NCBI GenBank assembly: GCA_964568925.1
Contig: CAZMSJ010000002.1
Span: 12,339 to 76,338 of the forward strand
Direction of reading: 5' to 3'
DNA from: an uncultured Gammaproteobacteria bacterium
GTDB taxonomy: Bacteria; Patescibacteriota; Microgenomatia; UBA8517
Length of the DNA: 64,000 nt
Below, piece by piece: positions 45,720 to 55,131 of the stretch (its first letter is position 1; every line of letters begins with the position of its first letter). The notes beneath the pieces are model-generated. The model saw only the letters and a list, made by a program, of their open reading frames with translations. It had not been told where the DNA came from and did not search any database. Made by a program: the position numbers and the translations under genes.

Positions 45720-47115
45720 AAAAGTGCTTATTGTAGGGGCTGGTGTTGCCGGTCGCAATGTTGTGTCTCAAATCACAAAAAACAGTGATTTCGGGCTGAA
45801 AACGGTGGGTTTTATTGACGATAATATTGAGATCGGAGAAAAGATAAAAGGTTTTCCAATTCTAGGGAAGAGAAATGATTTACCGAAGATACTTAAAGAG
45901 AAAAAAATTGATCAAGTTATTATAGCTATCCCTTCGGCTGAAGGAAGTGCAATTGCTGAATATGTAAAAATTTGTAGTAACGCGAGAGTTGCAGCAAGAA
46001 TAGTACCAAGAGTAAAAGAAATTATTGAGGGCAAAGCACACGTTAAAACCCTCCGAGAAGTACGAGTTGAAGATTTGCTCGGTAGACCAGTTGTTAAATC
46101 TGATGTAAATACATTGTTTGATTTTTTCTCAGATAAAGTTGTACTTATTACTGGTGCCGCAGGTTCAATTGGTTCTGAACTCTCAAGACAGGTCGCCGCA
46201 TATAAACCAAAGCAGTTAATACTTCTTGATTGGTGGGAAAATGGTTTGTTCGATATACAACAAGAACTCTTACAAACGTTTCCTCGACTATCATTGGATT
46301 TCGTCATCGCAAATATTCAGGATGTTGAAAATCTGGATCATGTTTTCAAAAAATATAAGCCTCATTATGTTTTTCATGCTGCTGCATACAAGCATGTTCC
46401 TTTAATGGAAGACCATCCAGTTCAAGCTGTTAAAAATAATATATTTGGCACTCAGAATGTAGCTCAAACTGCCAAGAAGTATGCGGTCGAACGGTTTGTT
46501 CTTATTTCTACTGATAAGGCCGCAAGTCCAGTGAATGTCATGGGAGCAACAAAACTTGTTACTGAAGGAATCGGGAAAAGTTTAAATGGAAAGACGAAAT
46601 ATATGGCAGTACGCTTTGGTAACGTTCTTGATAGTTTTGGTAGTGTTATTCCGACATTTAAGAAGCAAATTGCCAAAGGTGGACCACTCACCATTACTGA
46701 CAAAAGAATGACACGATATTTTATGACCATACCTGAGGCCGCTCAACTTATTTTAAAGGCAGGCCAAATGGGAAATGGGGGAGAATTATATGTTTTGGAT
46801 ATGGGGGAACCTGTAAAAATTGTAGATTTGGCAGAAAATCTGATTCGTTTGTCAGGCTATATTCCCGGAAAAGATATTGAAATAGCATCCACAGGAATTC
46901 GTCCTGGTGAGAAACTAAAAGAGAAGCTTTTAAACAAGAAAGAAACTCTTGTTTTAACCCAGGACCCTAAAATCTTTAGAACCGAAAGCTTGGGGTTTGA
47001 TATTGAGAAATTGGAAGAATCGCTTACAAATTTAAAACGGTGCGTTGATGCTGGTGATGGTCAGTCTATTCGTAAAGTTCTTTCACGTCTCATTCCTACT
47101 CTAAAAGTTCGTTGA
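45700..47115 (+). CDS. CapD/PglF/WbpM-like NDP-sugar 4,6-dehydratase, soluble form without N-terminal TMs
   Basis: Motifs LITGAAGSIGSEL, FHAAAYKHVPLME, ISTDKAASPVNVMGATK. The N-terminal Rossmann-like linker domain reads VLIVGAGVAGRNV. Confidence 0.8.
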   Translation: MSKTKFKKVLIVGAGVAGRNVVSQITKNSDFGLKTVGFIDDNIEIGEKIKGFPILGKRNDLPKILKEKKIDQVIIAIPSAEGSAIAEYVKICSNARVAARIVPRVKEIIEGKAHVKTLREVRVEDLLGRPVVKSDVNTLFDFFSDKVVLITGAAGSIGSELSRQVAAYKPKQLILLDWWENGLFDIQQELLQTFPRLSLDFVIANIQDVENLDHVFKKYKPHYVFHAAAYKHVPLMEDHPVQAVKNNIFGTQNVAQTAKKYAVERFVLISTDKAASPVNVMGATKLVTEGIGKSLNGKTKYMAVRFGNVLDSFGSVIPTFKKQIAKGGPLTITDKRMTRYFMTIPEAAQLILKAGQMGNGGELYVLDMGEPVKIVDLAENLIRLSGYIPGKDIEIASTGIRPGEKLKEKLLNKKETLVLTQDPKIFRTESLGFDIEKLEESLTNLKRCVDAGDGQSIRKVLSRLIPTLKVR

Positions 47116-47145
47116 TTGTCGCCTCGTGAGGTGAGACAATAGCGC

Positions 47146-49224
47146 ATGCGTTTAAAGCTTTCACTTTTCCTCGGTGTTCTTTTCTTTGTAGCTGGGCTTG
47201 CAACCCTACCTCATTACGGAATTAACTGGGACACCATTAACCACTTGCCTCGAGGACAAGCATATTTAAGATATATGCTCACGGGAAAGACCAACTACAA
47301 TGATATGCAAGGTCTCTTTCAAGATTGGTTTAAATCAAGTGACTGGTTTTTTCAAAACCCAGACTCATTATTTGTCCAAACGAACTTACCTGAAGGGAAA
47401 TTTGTAAGCAGGAGTTACTATCAGAATGACAGTTTAAATTACGAATATTTTATAGAGCATGATGGAGGAGGACATCCACCGCTTAGTGATATCTTGTCAG
47501 CTGCTACAAACCGATTACTGTACTCAAAGCTTCGCCTTATTAACGATGTCGATGCCTACCATGTATATGGAGTAGTATTGGCTGCAGCTTTGATTGGTCT
47601 TGTTTATTATTGGACATCCCTCCGGTATGGCACAGGCGCAGGACTTATCGCAGCTCTGTCGCTTGCCACCTATCCTCTCTTTTGGGCAGAGTCACACTTC
47701 AATACTGAAAAGGATATCCCTGAAGCCGTTTTCTGGTCTTTCTTTATGTTCGCTGTGTGGAGTGCAGTAAAGACTAAAAAGCTTCGATGGTTTTTGTTAA
47801 GTGGTCTTTTTGCCGGACTTGCACTTGGTACAAAATTTAATATTCTGTTTAGCGTTTTTGTCATTGTTCCCTGGTTCTTTATGTATCTTTTCGCTCGTAA
47901 AGATCGGTTTAAGTTCGCTCTCAAATATGTAAAAAGTGTAAAAGTTTGGTTTGGGTTTCTGTTAATACCTGTGTTAATGGTTGGAGTCTTTATTTTATTC
48001 TGGCCATATTTGTGGGCAGACCCAATTGGTAGAGTGCAGTCTGTAATTTCTTTTTATAAAGAAATTGGAACAACGAGTAGTGATTTGGCCCGTTTTAGAA
48101 CACTTTTGGGATTTAATCTATTTCCTCTTATTTGGATTATTACAACTACCCCACCGATTGTGTTGGCTTTATCAGTAATTGGAATTATCTATTCTGCTAT
48201 TAAAGGGTTAAAGAGTGAGGATCACTTTGAATATCTCATACTCTTTTGGCTCCTTGTTCCAATAGCTCGAGTTGTTTGGCCACACGCAAATACCTATGGA
48301 GGAGTGAGACAGTTGATGGAGTATATTCCGGCAATGGCTATTCTGTCAGGAATTGGATTTTCTGCGCTTCTGAGTTTCTCTAGAAAGTATATGTATATGG
48401 CCCAAGCGTCTGTCGCTGTTGTTTTAATAGGTTTTGTCGTGTTAGTTAGTACCCTTATTAAAATTCATCCAAACGAAAATGTGTATTTCAATAGCCTCAT
48501 TGGAGGATTGTCTGGTGCAAAAGAGCAAAACCTTCCATTTTGGGGTTTTAGCTTTGGAAATCCGTATCGTCAGGCAATTTCTTGGATCAATGCAAATGCA
48601 GAAGAAAACGCCACCCTTGTTTTTGCATATGAACTTATTCCTAATTTCCCGAGGTTATGGTTACGCCCTGATATTTTCCTCATAAATGCAGAGCGAAGTG
48701 GTTATCTTCAGAAAGGGGAGTACGCTGTCACTCTTAATTATCAAGGAACAGACACCCGTTCCTACTACGATCTGTTTCTCACGAAGTATGTAAACCCTGT
48801 CTATACATCAAAGGTCGATGGAGTACCGGTTGTGACGGTTTGGAAAAACGATAAGGCTCATCTGAGTAAATCAATTGATGAACACGAAGTTCGAGGCGCA
48901 AGCTTTACCACAGACGATACGGGTATTCTTATTTCATTTAAAGAACCTATTCCACTTTGGAGAATTGAGATCGATTTTTCAGAAAAGAATTGTAAGAAGC
49001 TTGTCTGGGGGTATACACAAACCTCACTCGATATGAAAACCTGGGATCGATTACCTGGAACACTTCCTGAAGATTGGAGAATCTCAGCAATGGGTGAGCA
49101 GCCAAAGGCCGGTCGCTTTATCGAACCATTTGTTGGTGATAAAGCTCAATATGTTCGTTTTAATCTAAACCCAGTGGAAGCTTGTTTGAAGAAGATAACG
49201 AAGCTAAAGGTGTTTTCTCTTTAA
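47146..49224 (+). CDS. GT-C-fold membrane glycosyltransferase (PMT_2/ArnT-like) with a C-terminal beta-rich putative carbohydrate-binding domain
   Basis: 692 aa with LPHYGINWDTINHLPRGQAYLRY...HDGGGHPPLSD and about 11 TMs. The C-terminal ~115 aa (WRIEIDFSE...TSLDMKTWDRL...AQYVRFNLNP) looks discoidin-like. Confidence 0.6.
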   Translation: MRLKLSLFLGVLFFVAGLATLPHYGINWDTINHLPRGQAYLRYMLTGKTNYNDMQGLFQDWFKSSDWFFQNPDSLFVQTNLPEGKFVSRSYYQNDSLNYEYFIEHDGGGHPPLSDILSAATNRLLYSKLRLINDVDAYHVYGVVLAAALIGLVYYWTSLRYGTGAGLIAALSLATYPLFWAESHFNTEKDIPEAVFWSFFMFAVWSAVKTKKLRWFLLSGLFAGLALGTKFNILFSVFVIVPWFFMYLFARKDRFKFALKYVKSVKVWFGFLLIPVLMVGVFILFWPYLWADPIGRVQSVISFYKEIGTTSSDLARFRTLLGFNLFPLIWIITTTPPIVLALSVIGIIYSAIKGLKSEDHFEYLILFWLLVPIARVVWPHANTYGGVRQLMEYIPAMAILSGIGFSALLSFSRKYMYMAQASVAVVLIGFVVLVSTLIKIHPNENVYFNSLIGGLSGAKEQNLPFWGFSFGNPYRQAISWINANAEENATLVFAYELIPNFPRLWLRPDIFLINAERSGYLQKGEYAVTLNYQGTDTRSYYDLFLTKYVNPVYTSKVDGVPVVTVWKNDKAHLSKSIDEHEVRGASFTTDDTGILISFKEPIPLWRIEIDFSEKNCKKLVWGYTQTSLDMKTWDRLPGTLPEDWRISAMGEQPKAGRFIEPFVGDKAQYVRFNLNPVEACLKKITKLKVFSL

Positions 49225-50159
49225 AGGTATTTGTTTTTAATAATGTTCTCAATACTGTCTCTCTTTTGGTTGTAGCTTGCTATCATTTCCCCCATAAGCC
49301 CCGTAACGATAAGTTGTACTCCAATGATCATAAGCAGCATACCTAAAATAAGTAATGGTTGGTGAAATTGTATTCCTCCAGTCGTGATACGAAGATAGGT
49401 AATGTAGAGCCCAATTGCAAATCCACCAGAAAAAGATAATAACCCGAAACCGCCAAAAAAGTGACCTGGTCTGCGAATGTATCCAGTTAAAAACACCACC
49501 GTTAAGAGGTCCAAGAATCCCTTTATATTTCTTTCAATTCCGAATTTAGATTTTCCAAACTTTCTTGGATTATGTTTAACAACAATTTCGCCAACCTTGA
49601 AGTTTTGTTTTGCAGCCAGCACCGGGATATAGCGATATTGTTCACCATAGAGGTTAAGTGATTCAACGACTTCACGACGATATGCCTTATATCCACAGTT
49701 TGTATCGTGAACAGAAACTCCAGTTACTTTTCGAATAATAAAGTTTAGGATTCTAGATGGAATAACTTTGGATACTGGATCATGTCGCACCTTTTTCCAT
49801 CCTGATACTAAATCGTAACCTTCTGCGATTTTTTTAAGAAAACGTGGAATTTCATCAGGTTCATCTTGAAGATCAGCATCAAGAGTGAAAATAATTTCTC
49901 CCTTGGTATGCATAAATCCAGTTTCAAGTGCCATAGACTTTCCCCAATTTCCCCGGAGAGCGATTACTTTAATCTGTTTGTTTTTCTTGCGTAAATCAGT
50001 GAGTTTTTGGAGCGTTTTGTCTGTCGACCCGTCGTCGACAAATATAATTTCGTATTTTCGTTTCAATTTAAGGCAGACAGATTCAATCTTCTTAGCCAAA
50101 ATGGCAACAGATTCTTCCTCGTTCTTAGCTGGTATTACAAAACTTAATATATCTTTCAT
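49221..50159 (-). CDS. GtrB/ArnC/CsbB-like polyprenol-phosphate glycosyltransferase (GT2 with two C-terminal TMs)
   Basis: Motifs LSFVIPAKNEEES, IIFVDDGSTDKT, TLDADLQDEPDEIP, and C-terminal TMs GGFGLLSFSGGFAIGLYITYL and LLILGMLLMIIGVQLIVTGL. SD AAGAGGA lies 7 nt upstream of the ATG. Confidence 0.8.
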   Translation of the reverse strand: MKDILSFVIPAKNEEESVAILAKKIESVCLKLKRKYEIIFVDDGSTDKTLQKLTDLRKKNKQIKVIALRGNWGKSMALETGFMHTKGEIIFTLDADLQDEPDEIPRFLKKIAEGYDLVSGWKKVRHDPVSKVIPSRILNFIIRKVTGVSVHDTNCGYKAYRREVVESLNLYGEQYRYIPVLAAKQNFKVGEIVVKHNPRKFGKSKFGIERNIKGFLDLLTVVFLTGYIRRPGHFFGGFGLLSFSGGFAIGLYITYLRITTGGIQFHQPLLILGMLLMIIGVQLIVTGLMGEMIASYNQKRDSIENIIKNKYL

Positions 50160-50180
50160 ACAAATATCCTCTTTTCGTGT

Positions 50181-50189
50181 ATGATATCA
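50181..50189 (-). promoter_or_regulatory. Extended -10 TGaTATCAT (minus strand), followed by a leader carrying SD AAGAGGA (plus-strand 50167-50173) before ATG 50159
   Basis: The reverse complement of 50181-50189 reads TGATATCAT. It overlaps a plus-strand TATGAT (50180-50185) that faces the divergent gene at 50203. Confidence 0.35.
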
Positions 50190-50202
50190 CTAGACTTACG
50201 GT

Positions 50203-51015
50203 ATGCCAAAAGTAACAATAATTATTACCACTAAGAATTCTGCAAAAACACTAGAACCTCTCCTTTCTAGCCTCAAAAAGCAGACGTACACTGATTTTGA
50301 GACTCTTGTTGTTGATAACAATTCAACTGATGTAACGAAGGAGATTTCAAATAAGTACAAAGCCTCTTTTTTTACAAAAGGGCCTGAGCGGAGTGTCCAA
50401 AGAAATTTTGGGGCAAGTAAGGCTAAGGGGAAATACCTCTTTTTCCTTGATTCGGATATGACTTTAAGTGAAACAGTCATTGCTGATTGTGTGAAGAAAA
50501 TCTCTACTTCAGACTCAATTGGTGGTGTAATTGTTCCAGAGAAATCTTTTGGAAATAATTTCTGGGCAAAAGCAAAAGCCTTTGAGCGTGAAATCAATGA
50601 AGGTGAGGCTTATTTCGAAGCAGCACGGTTTTTCCCGACAAAGGTTTTTGAAGAATTTAAAGGATACCAGCCTGATATAACTGGCCCGGAAGACTGGGAT
50701 CTTCCCAAGCGTATCTCGAAAAAATATCAAATAAAAAGAATTAGTAGTTATATTTTCCATAACGAGGGTTCTCCTACTCCACTAAAACTTATGAAACGAA
50801 AATATTACTATGGTTTAACAGCACATATTTATTTGCAAAAAAACAATCTACCTACTTTTAGCAGTCAAACGGTCTATCTTTTGCGGCCGGCTTTTTACCG
50901 CCAATGGAAAAAATTACTTTCTAAACCATTGTTAACACTTGGTATGATCGTTTTGTTGTTTTTTGAAACATTGGGAGGGGGAGTTGGGTACATTCGGGGT
51001 AGATTCTCAATATGA
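50203..51015 (+). CDS. GT2 glycosyltransferase
   Basis: Motifs KVTIIITTKNS, LVVDNNSTDVT, FLDSDM. Confidence 0.75.
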   Translation: MPKVTIIITTKNSAKTLEPLLSSLKKQTYTDFETLVVDNNSTDVTKEISNKYKASFFTKGPERSVQRNFGASKAKGKYLFFLDSDMTLSETVIADCVKKISTSDSIGGVIVPEKSFGNNFWAKAKAFEREINEGEAYFEAARFFPTKVFEEFKGYQPDITGPEDWDLPKRISKKYQIKRISSYIFHNEGSPTPLKLMKRKYYYGLTAHIYLQKNNLPTFSSQTVYLLRPAFYRQWKKLLSKPLLTLGMIVLLFFETLGGGVGYIRGRFSI

Positions 51016-52034
51016 AAAAGCCACTTGTTTCAATTATCATCGTAAATTACAACGGGTATGACGTACTGGTCCCTTGCATTAAAAGTCTTCAAAAGCTTGA
51101 GTATTCAAATTTTGAAATAATTATTGTTGATAACGGTTCGGAGGATGCTTCAATTGAGTTTATTAAGAATTTGAAAATTAAGAATGTATCGTTAATTCAA
51201 AGCTCAGAAAATCTTGGATTTGCAGGAGGAAACAATTTAGCACTAACCAAAGCAAAAGGTGAATACTTATTGCTCTTAAACAACGATACGGTTGTCCCAT
51301 CAAATCTATTAACAGTTCTCGTTGATAAGCTTGAACAAGACCCAACAATCGGTGCCCTACAGCCAAAAATCAAATTTATGGATGAACCAAAGCGCCTCGA
51401 TAACGCGGGTGCATTTTTAAATAGACTAGGGCTAACGGTTCATTGGGGGTTTGGAGAGATTGATCGTGATGAATTCGATCATGAAGCAGAAATATTCAGT
51501 GCAAAGGGTGCATGTCTACTTACCAGATCATCACTTGTAAAGCATATCGGCTTATTTGATGATCATTTTGGATCATACTTTGAAGAAAGTGACTTTTGTT
51601 GGAGAGTATGGCTTGCGGGCTTTCGAGTCATCTATTACCCAAAAGTATCAATTTTGCATAAGGTTGGCTTTACCAGCGAAAAGATGGACACTGTTTTTGT
51701 GATGTTACATTCCACAAAAAACCGTATATTTTCGCTTTTTAAAAACCTTTCATTCATAAATCTCTTTTTGATATTTCTACCTCATCTCGCATTTTTGTGT
51801 ATGCTTGGAACATACTACTTAGTTAAGTTACAGCCTAAAAAGGCATGGATGCTTTTTGGAGCGATCTGGTGGAACATAACTCATGCTGGTCTGTTAGCTA
51901 AAGAGCGGAGTGCAACCCAAAAATTACGTACTGTCTCTGACATTTCGTTAACCAATAAAATCATGAGGCCACTTGATATACCAGCTCTCTTTCGTCATTT
52001 TAAAAAGGTAGAAGCAAATTTAGATAGAACCTGA
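51012..52034 (+). CDS. GT2 glycosyltransferase with C-terminal TM segment(s)
   Basis: Motifs VSIIIVNYNG, IIIVDNGSEDAS, NLGFAGGNN, LLNNDT, FEESDFCWR. Hydrophobic tail FINLFLIFLPHLAFLCMLGTYYLV. ATGA overlap. Confidence 0.8.
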   Translation: MKKPLVSIIIVNYNGYDVLVPCIKSLQKLEYSNFEIIIVDNGSEDASIEFIKNLKIKNVSLIQSSENLGFAGGNNLALTKAKGEYLLLLNNDTVVPSNLLTVLVDKLEQDPTIGALQPKIKFMDEPKRLDNAGAFLNRLGLTVHWGFGEIDRDEFDHEAEIFSAKGACLLTRSSLVKHIGLFDDHFGSYFEESDFCWRVWLAGFRVIYYPKVSILHKVGFTSEKMDTVFVMLHSTKNRIFSLFKNLSFINLFLIFLPHLAFLCMLGTYYLVKLQPKKAWMLFGAIWWNITHAGLLAKERSATQKLRTVSDISLTNKIMRPLDIPALFRHFKKVEANLDRT

Positions 52035-52040
52035 TACAGT
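52032..52040 (+). promoter_or_regulatory. Extended -10 TGaTACAGT, 6 nt before ATG 52047 (leaderless candidate)
   Basis: The TGA of the motif is the stop codon of the upstream gene. Confidence 0.45.
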
Positions 52041-52046
52041 ATCACT

Positions 52047-52715
52047 ATGAAATCTTTTCCAAAGACTATACCAATTAATGGTCGAGTACGTGTATGTTTA
52101 GAATTGTTGCGTGGGGAGAGTATTAAAAACAAACAAATTATTGATGTTGGATCTACGTTTGGTTGGTTAGCTCGTGAAATAGAGAAGGATAAGCCTAAGG
52201 GATATATTGGAGTGGAGCCAAATGCAGAAGCAGTAGCTTTTTCAAAAAAGAATGCTAAATACGCACAATTTTTCGAAGGAGATGCCGCACATATGCCGAT
52301 AAAAAATGGCATAGGAGACATTGCTGTTTTCTTTGATGTTATTGAACATGTCCCCGTTGATACTGAAATTGAATGTTTAAAAGAAATTCATCGTGTATTA
52401 AAGCCAAAAGCAACACTTCTTCTTTCAACCCCATTTGATCATCCGGTTACAAAATTACTAGATCCTGCCTACTATTTTGGACACCGTCACTATACAAAGG
52501 AAAGGCTACAAAAAATGCTAAAGCAGTCAGGATTTACATTAGAGAGTTTTGAAGTACGTGGTGGTTATGTTTCTCTGACATATATGATTCTTTTTTATAT
52601 AGCCAAATGGGTTTTCAATAAGGATCTTAATGGTACTTGGATTCAGAAAGAGGACGATAAGTCATATTCAAAAGAAGGTATCGCAACAGTGTATTTGAAG
52701 GCTGTTAAAAAGTAA
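52047..52715 (+). CDS. Class I SAM-dependent methyltransferase
   Basis: Motifs IIDVGSTFGWLA and VFFDVIEHVP. Confidence 0.7.
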   Translation: MKSFPKTIPINGRVRVCLELLRGESIKNKQIIDVGSTFGWLAREIEKDKPKGYIGVEPNAEAVAFSKKNAKYAQFFEGDAAHMPIKNGIGDIAVFFDVIEHVPVDTEIECLKEIHRVLKPKATLLLSTPFDHPVTKLLDPAYYFGHRHYTKERLQKMLKQSGFTLESFEVRGGYVSLTYMILFYIAKWVFNKDLNGTWIQKEDDKSYSKEGIATVYLKAVKK

Positions 52716-52717
52716 TA

Positions 52718-54328
52718 TTACCCTCGTTTTAATATCTTTGAAGGAATGGACTGCCCCATTGAGTGTTCAAATTGTTGGAGTCTATTATGTCCAATTTGAT
52801 TTAGCTGTAATTTCTCTCTGGTATAACCTTCTGCAATTTCTCTTAATTGTACTAATTCTTGTGCATTGAGATAGTCTGTCCACACATATGCCGTGTATTC
52901 TCCAGGTACACCTTTGTAGTAATTTGCATCTTTCAAATAATCGACTTCACTACTCCATAACCGGGCAACTTCGCCATTTTTTTTGTTTTTCATTTCATAC
53001 AACCACGCATTTCTTTCAGGTACATATACTGAGTGATCAAAATATGGTGAACCAGGGTATTGGGTGATAATTGTCCAGTCAACGTCGTCACCAACTGACA
53101 GGTTATTTGAAACCCACTCAATTGATTCTCCAATAGTTGTTTCACTCTCACCTGGATGTCCGATTGACATAAGTGCTTTGAAACTAAGACCTGCATTATG
53201 TGCGGTTTCTACACAGCGACTGTTAATTGCTCGTGAGGTGTGCTTTTTCATGACAGACAGTATGCTGTCGCTTCCAGATTCAACTCCAGACAAGAGTATT
53301 TTAAATCCTGCTTGATACATGAGACGAGCTTGCTCAGGGGTAAAGAGCTCAGCTTTGACAAAACCTCTAAATCTCATTTCATGCCCCAATCTGTCTTGCA
53401 TATCAATTAGCCCGGTACAGAGTTTTTCAAGGTTTGATGGAGAAACATTCAATTCGTCATCGTAGAACATAACGCCACCGTAGGGGGTGTCAGTATCAAG
53501 TGAAGGAGTAACGACTGATTCAATTTCTCGAATCACATCGTTGATGTCTCGAGTTCGTGCTATTCGAAATACTTGTGAATCACGTCCTCCACAAAAACCA
53601 CATTCAAATGGACACCCAAGTTGGCCAATAACTGAGAATGCTCTTCTTCCGTCAATTGAATAATGGTAACTATCAAGATCAATTAAATGTCTTGCTGGAT
53701 GCTCAAAGCTTTCGAGTGTCCCTTTCTGTAAAAAGAGCGGTGACTTAGTCGTGCTGCTATCGATTACTTGTTGAGTTTGATCTGGGTCTATTGCATAAAA
53801 AATTGATTCTTCTCCATCACCTGACACTATGCGATCAAACAAATTTGTGAGCTGCATAAAGGCGTGTGTTCCACGTCCTTTTCTTCCTGTTTTTGCATCT
53901 TCAGTAAAAGCTGCGTGTGTAAGTGTCGCGTGTGGCCCTCCAAGGATGACTGTTGACTGTGAACTTACATCTTTGATTGCTTGAGTGATTGATGCTGCCG
54001 TTGGAATTTGTGGTGTCGTGGCTGTAATTCCATAAACGGCATCCTGATTTTCAGCTGCATATTGTCTGACGATATCAAGATAATTTGAGTAACCTGACAA
54101 ATCTAAAACATTTGTTTGATTTCCGTTTTTTGATAATTCAGCTGCAACTTTCAAAGGACCGAGAAACGGAAATACTCGTTCATCTGCAAGAAACGGAGAA
54201 GGGGGAATAACAATTGTTACTGGAATGTCTCGTACCTTTTCTTTTTGTTCCTGAAGGGGCGTAATGCGCTCAGAGAATTCGACGTTTGAGTTTGATGGAG
54301 ATTTTTGTTCGAATTCGTAACGTGACAT
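52718..54328 (-). CDS. B12-binding-domain radical SAM enzyme (class B rSAM)
   Basis: CxxxCxxC cluster motif GCPFECGFCGG. The N-terminal Rossmann-like domain (VTIVIPPSP...GPLKVAAEL...ITATTPQIP...VILGGPHATL) is typical of B12-binding rSAM proteins. Confidence 0.8.
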   Translation of the reverse strand: MSRYEFEQKSPSNSNVEFSERITPLQEQKEKVRDIPVTIVIPPSPFLADERVFPFLGPLKVAAELSKNGNQTNVLDLSGYSNYLDIVRQYAAENQDAVYGITATTPQIPTAASITQAIKDVSSQSTVILGGPHATLTHAAFTEDAKTGRKGRGTHAFMQLTNLFDRIVSGDGEESIFYAIDPDQTQQVIDSSTTKSPLFLQKGTLESFEHPARHLIDLDSYHYSIDGRRAFSVIGQLGCPFECGFCGGRDSQVFRIARTRDINDVIREIESVVTPSLDTDTPYGGVMFYDDELNVSPSNLEKLCTGLIDMQDRLGHEMRFRGFVKAELFTPEQARLMYQAGFKILLSGVESGSDSILSVMKKHTSRAINSRCVETAHNAGLSFKALMSIGHPGESETTIGESIEWVSNNLSVGDDVDWTIITQYPGSPYFDHSVYVPERNAWLYEMKNKKNGEVARLWSSEVDYLKDANYYKGVPGEYTAYVWTDYLNAQELVQLREIAEGYTREKLQLNQIGHNRLQQFEHSMGQSIPSKILKRG

Positions 54329-54334
54329 GATGCT

Positions 54335-54365
54335 AAAGTATCATGCAAACAACGTGAAGCGTCAA
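54335..54365 (-). promoter_or_regulatory. Promoter of the radical SAM gene: -35 TTGACG, 19-nt spacer, extended -10 TGaTACTTT, then 6 nt to ATG 54328
   Basis: The minus strand reads TTGACGCTTCACGTTGTTTGCATGATACTTTAGCATC-ATG. Confidence 0.45.
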
Positions 54366-54371
54366 GCTATA

Positions 54372-55070
54372 TTATCTTAATTGCCACCACAGTTTAAATG
54401 CGTTGGAAAATGTAGCAAACACTACGTTCCACTTTGCGTTTTTCACTTCACCAGAAATTCTTGGATGATAATAACTTGGTGCTTCTACAATTCGTAGACC
54501 TTTCTTTCGGAATTTAACAAGAATCTCAGTCAGGATAAATATGCCACCCAACGCTTCAAGTCTCACTCTTTTAACAGCATTTGTTCTCCATATATTTACC
54601 CAGCCAACATCCATGTATTTAACATCAAACAACATAAGAAGAAGCAACAGATATCCATATGAGAAGAATATTCGTTTTGTTGCATAATCGGTTCTTCCTC
54701 CTCGATACCCGAGTATCAAGTCAGCTTCATCAAGAACCTCAAAACAGTGGCGCATATCATCTACCAGAAATTGACCATCAGCTGGCATGTATGCAACAAA
54801 TTCCTTTGTAGATTTTTTAATTCCAGCAAGCATTGCTCTACTAAATCCAACATTTTTATCCATCTGAACAACTGTGACTTCTTTGCATTTCTCAGCGACT
54901 TGCTTTGCAATTTTGGCTGTTTTGTCATGACTTCCATCATCAACTAGGATTATTTCCCAGTCTTTAAAATACTTTGGAAGTTTTTTGATTGAATCCCTAA
55001 GCACAAGTCGAACGTTTTCTTCTTCGTTGTATGCAGGAATTACAATTGAAATTGAGTGTCCTTTCTTCAT
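54372..55070 (-). CDS. GT2 glycosyltransferase, DPM1-like candidate polyprenol-phosphate sugar synthase
   Basis: Motifs ISIVIPAYNEEEN, IILVDDGSHDKT, YMPADGQF. ATG 55070 (MKKGHSISIV) is preferred over the ORF-track TTG 55091 because TGaTATAGT sits 7 nt upstream of it. Confidence 0.7.
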   Translation of the reverse strand: MKKGHSISIVIPAYNEEENVRLVLRDSIKKLPKYFKDWEIILVDDGSHDKTAKIAKQVAEKCKEVTVVQMDKNVGFSRAMLAGIKKSTKEFVAYMPADGQFLVDDMRHCFEVLDEADLILGYRGGRTDYATKRIFFSYGYLLLLLMLFDVKYMDVGWVNIWRTNAVKRVRLEALGGIFILTEILVKFRKKGLRIVEAPSYYHPRISGEVKNAKWNVVFATFSNAFKLWWQLR

Positions 55071-55077
55071 AAGCCAC

Positions 55078-55086
55078 ACTATATCA
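55078..55086 (-). promoter_or_regulatory. Extended -10 TGaTATAGT (minus strand), 7 nt before ATG 55070
   Basis: The minus strand reads CTGATATAGTGTGGCTT-ATG. Confidence 0.4.
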
Positions 55087-55116
55087 GTCAATTGCCATTT
55101 ATTCTATAAATAAATT

Positions 55117-55125
55117 TGCTACAAT
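55117..55125 (+). promoter_or_regulatory. Extended -10 TGcTACAAT, 6 nt before GTG 55132 (leaderless candidate)
   Basis: Exact TGnTACAAT match in a divergent 61-nt region. Confidence 0.45.
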
Positions 55126-55131
55126 CGACTG

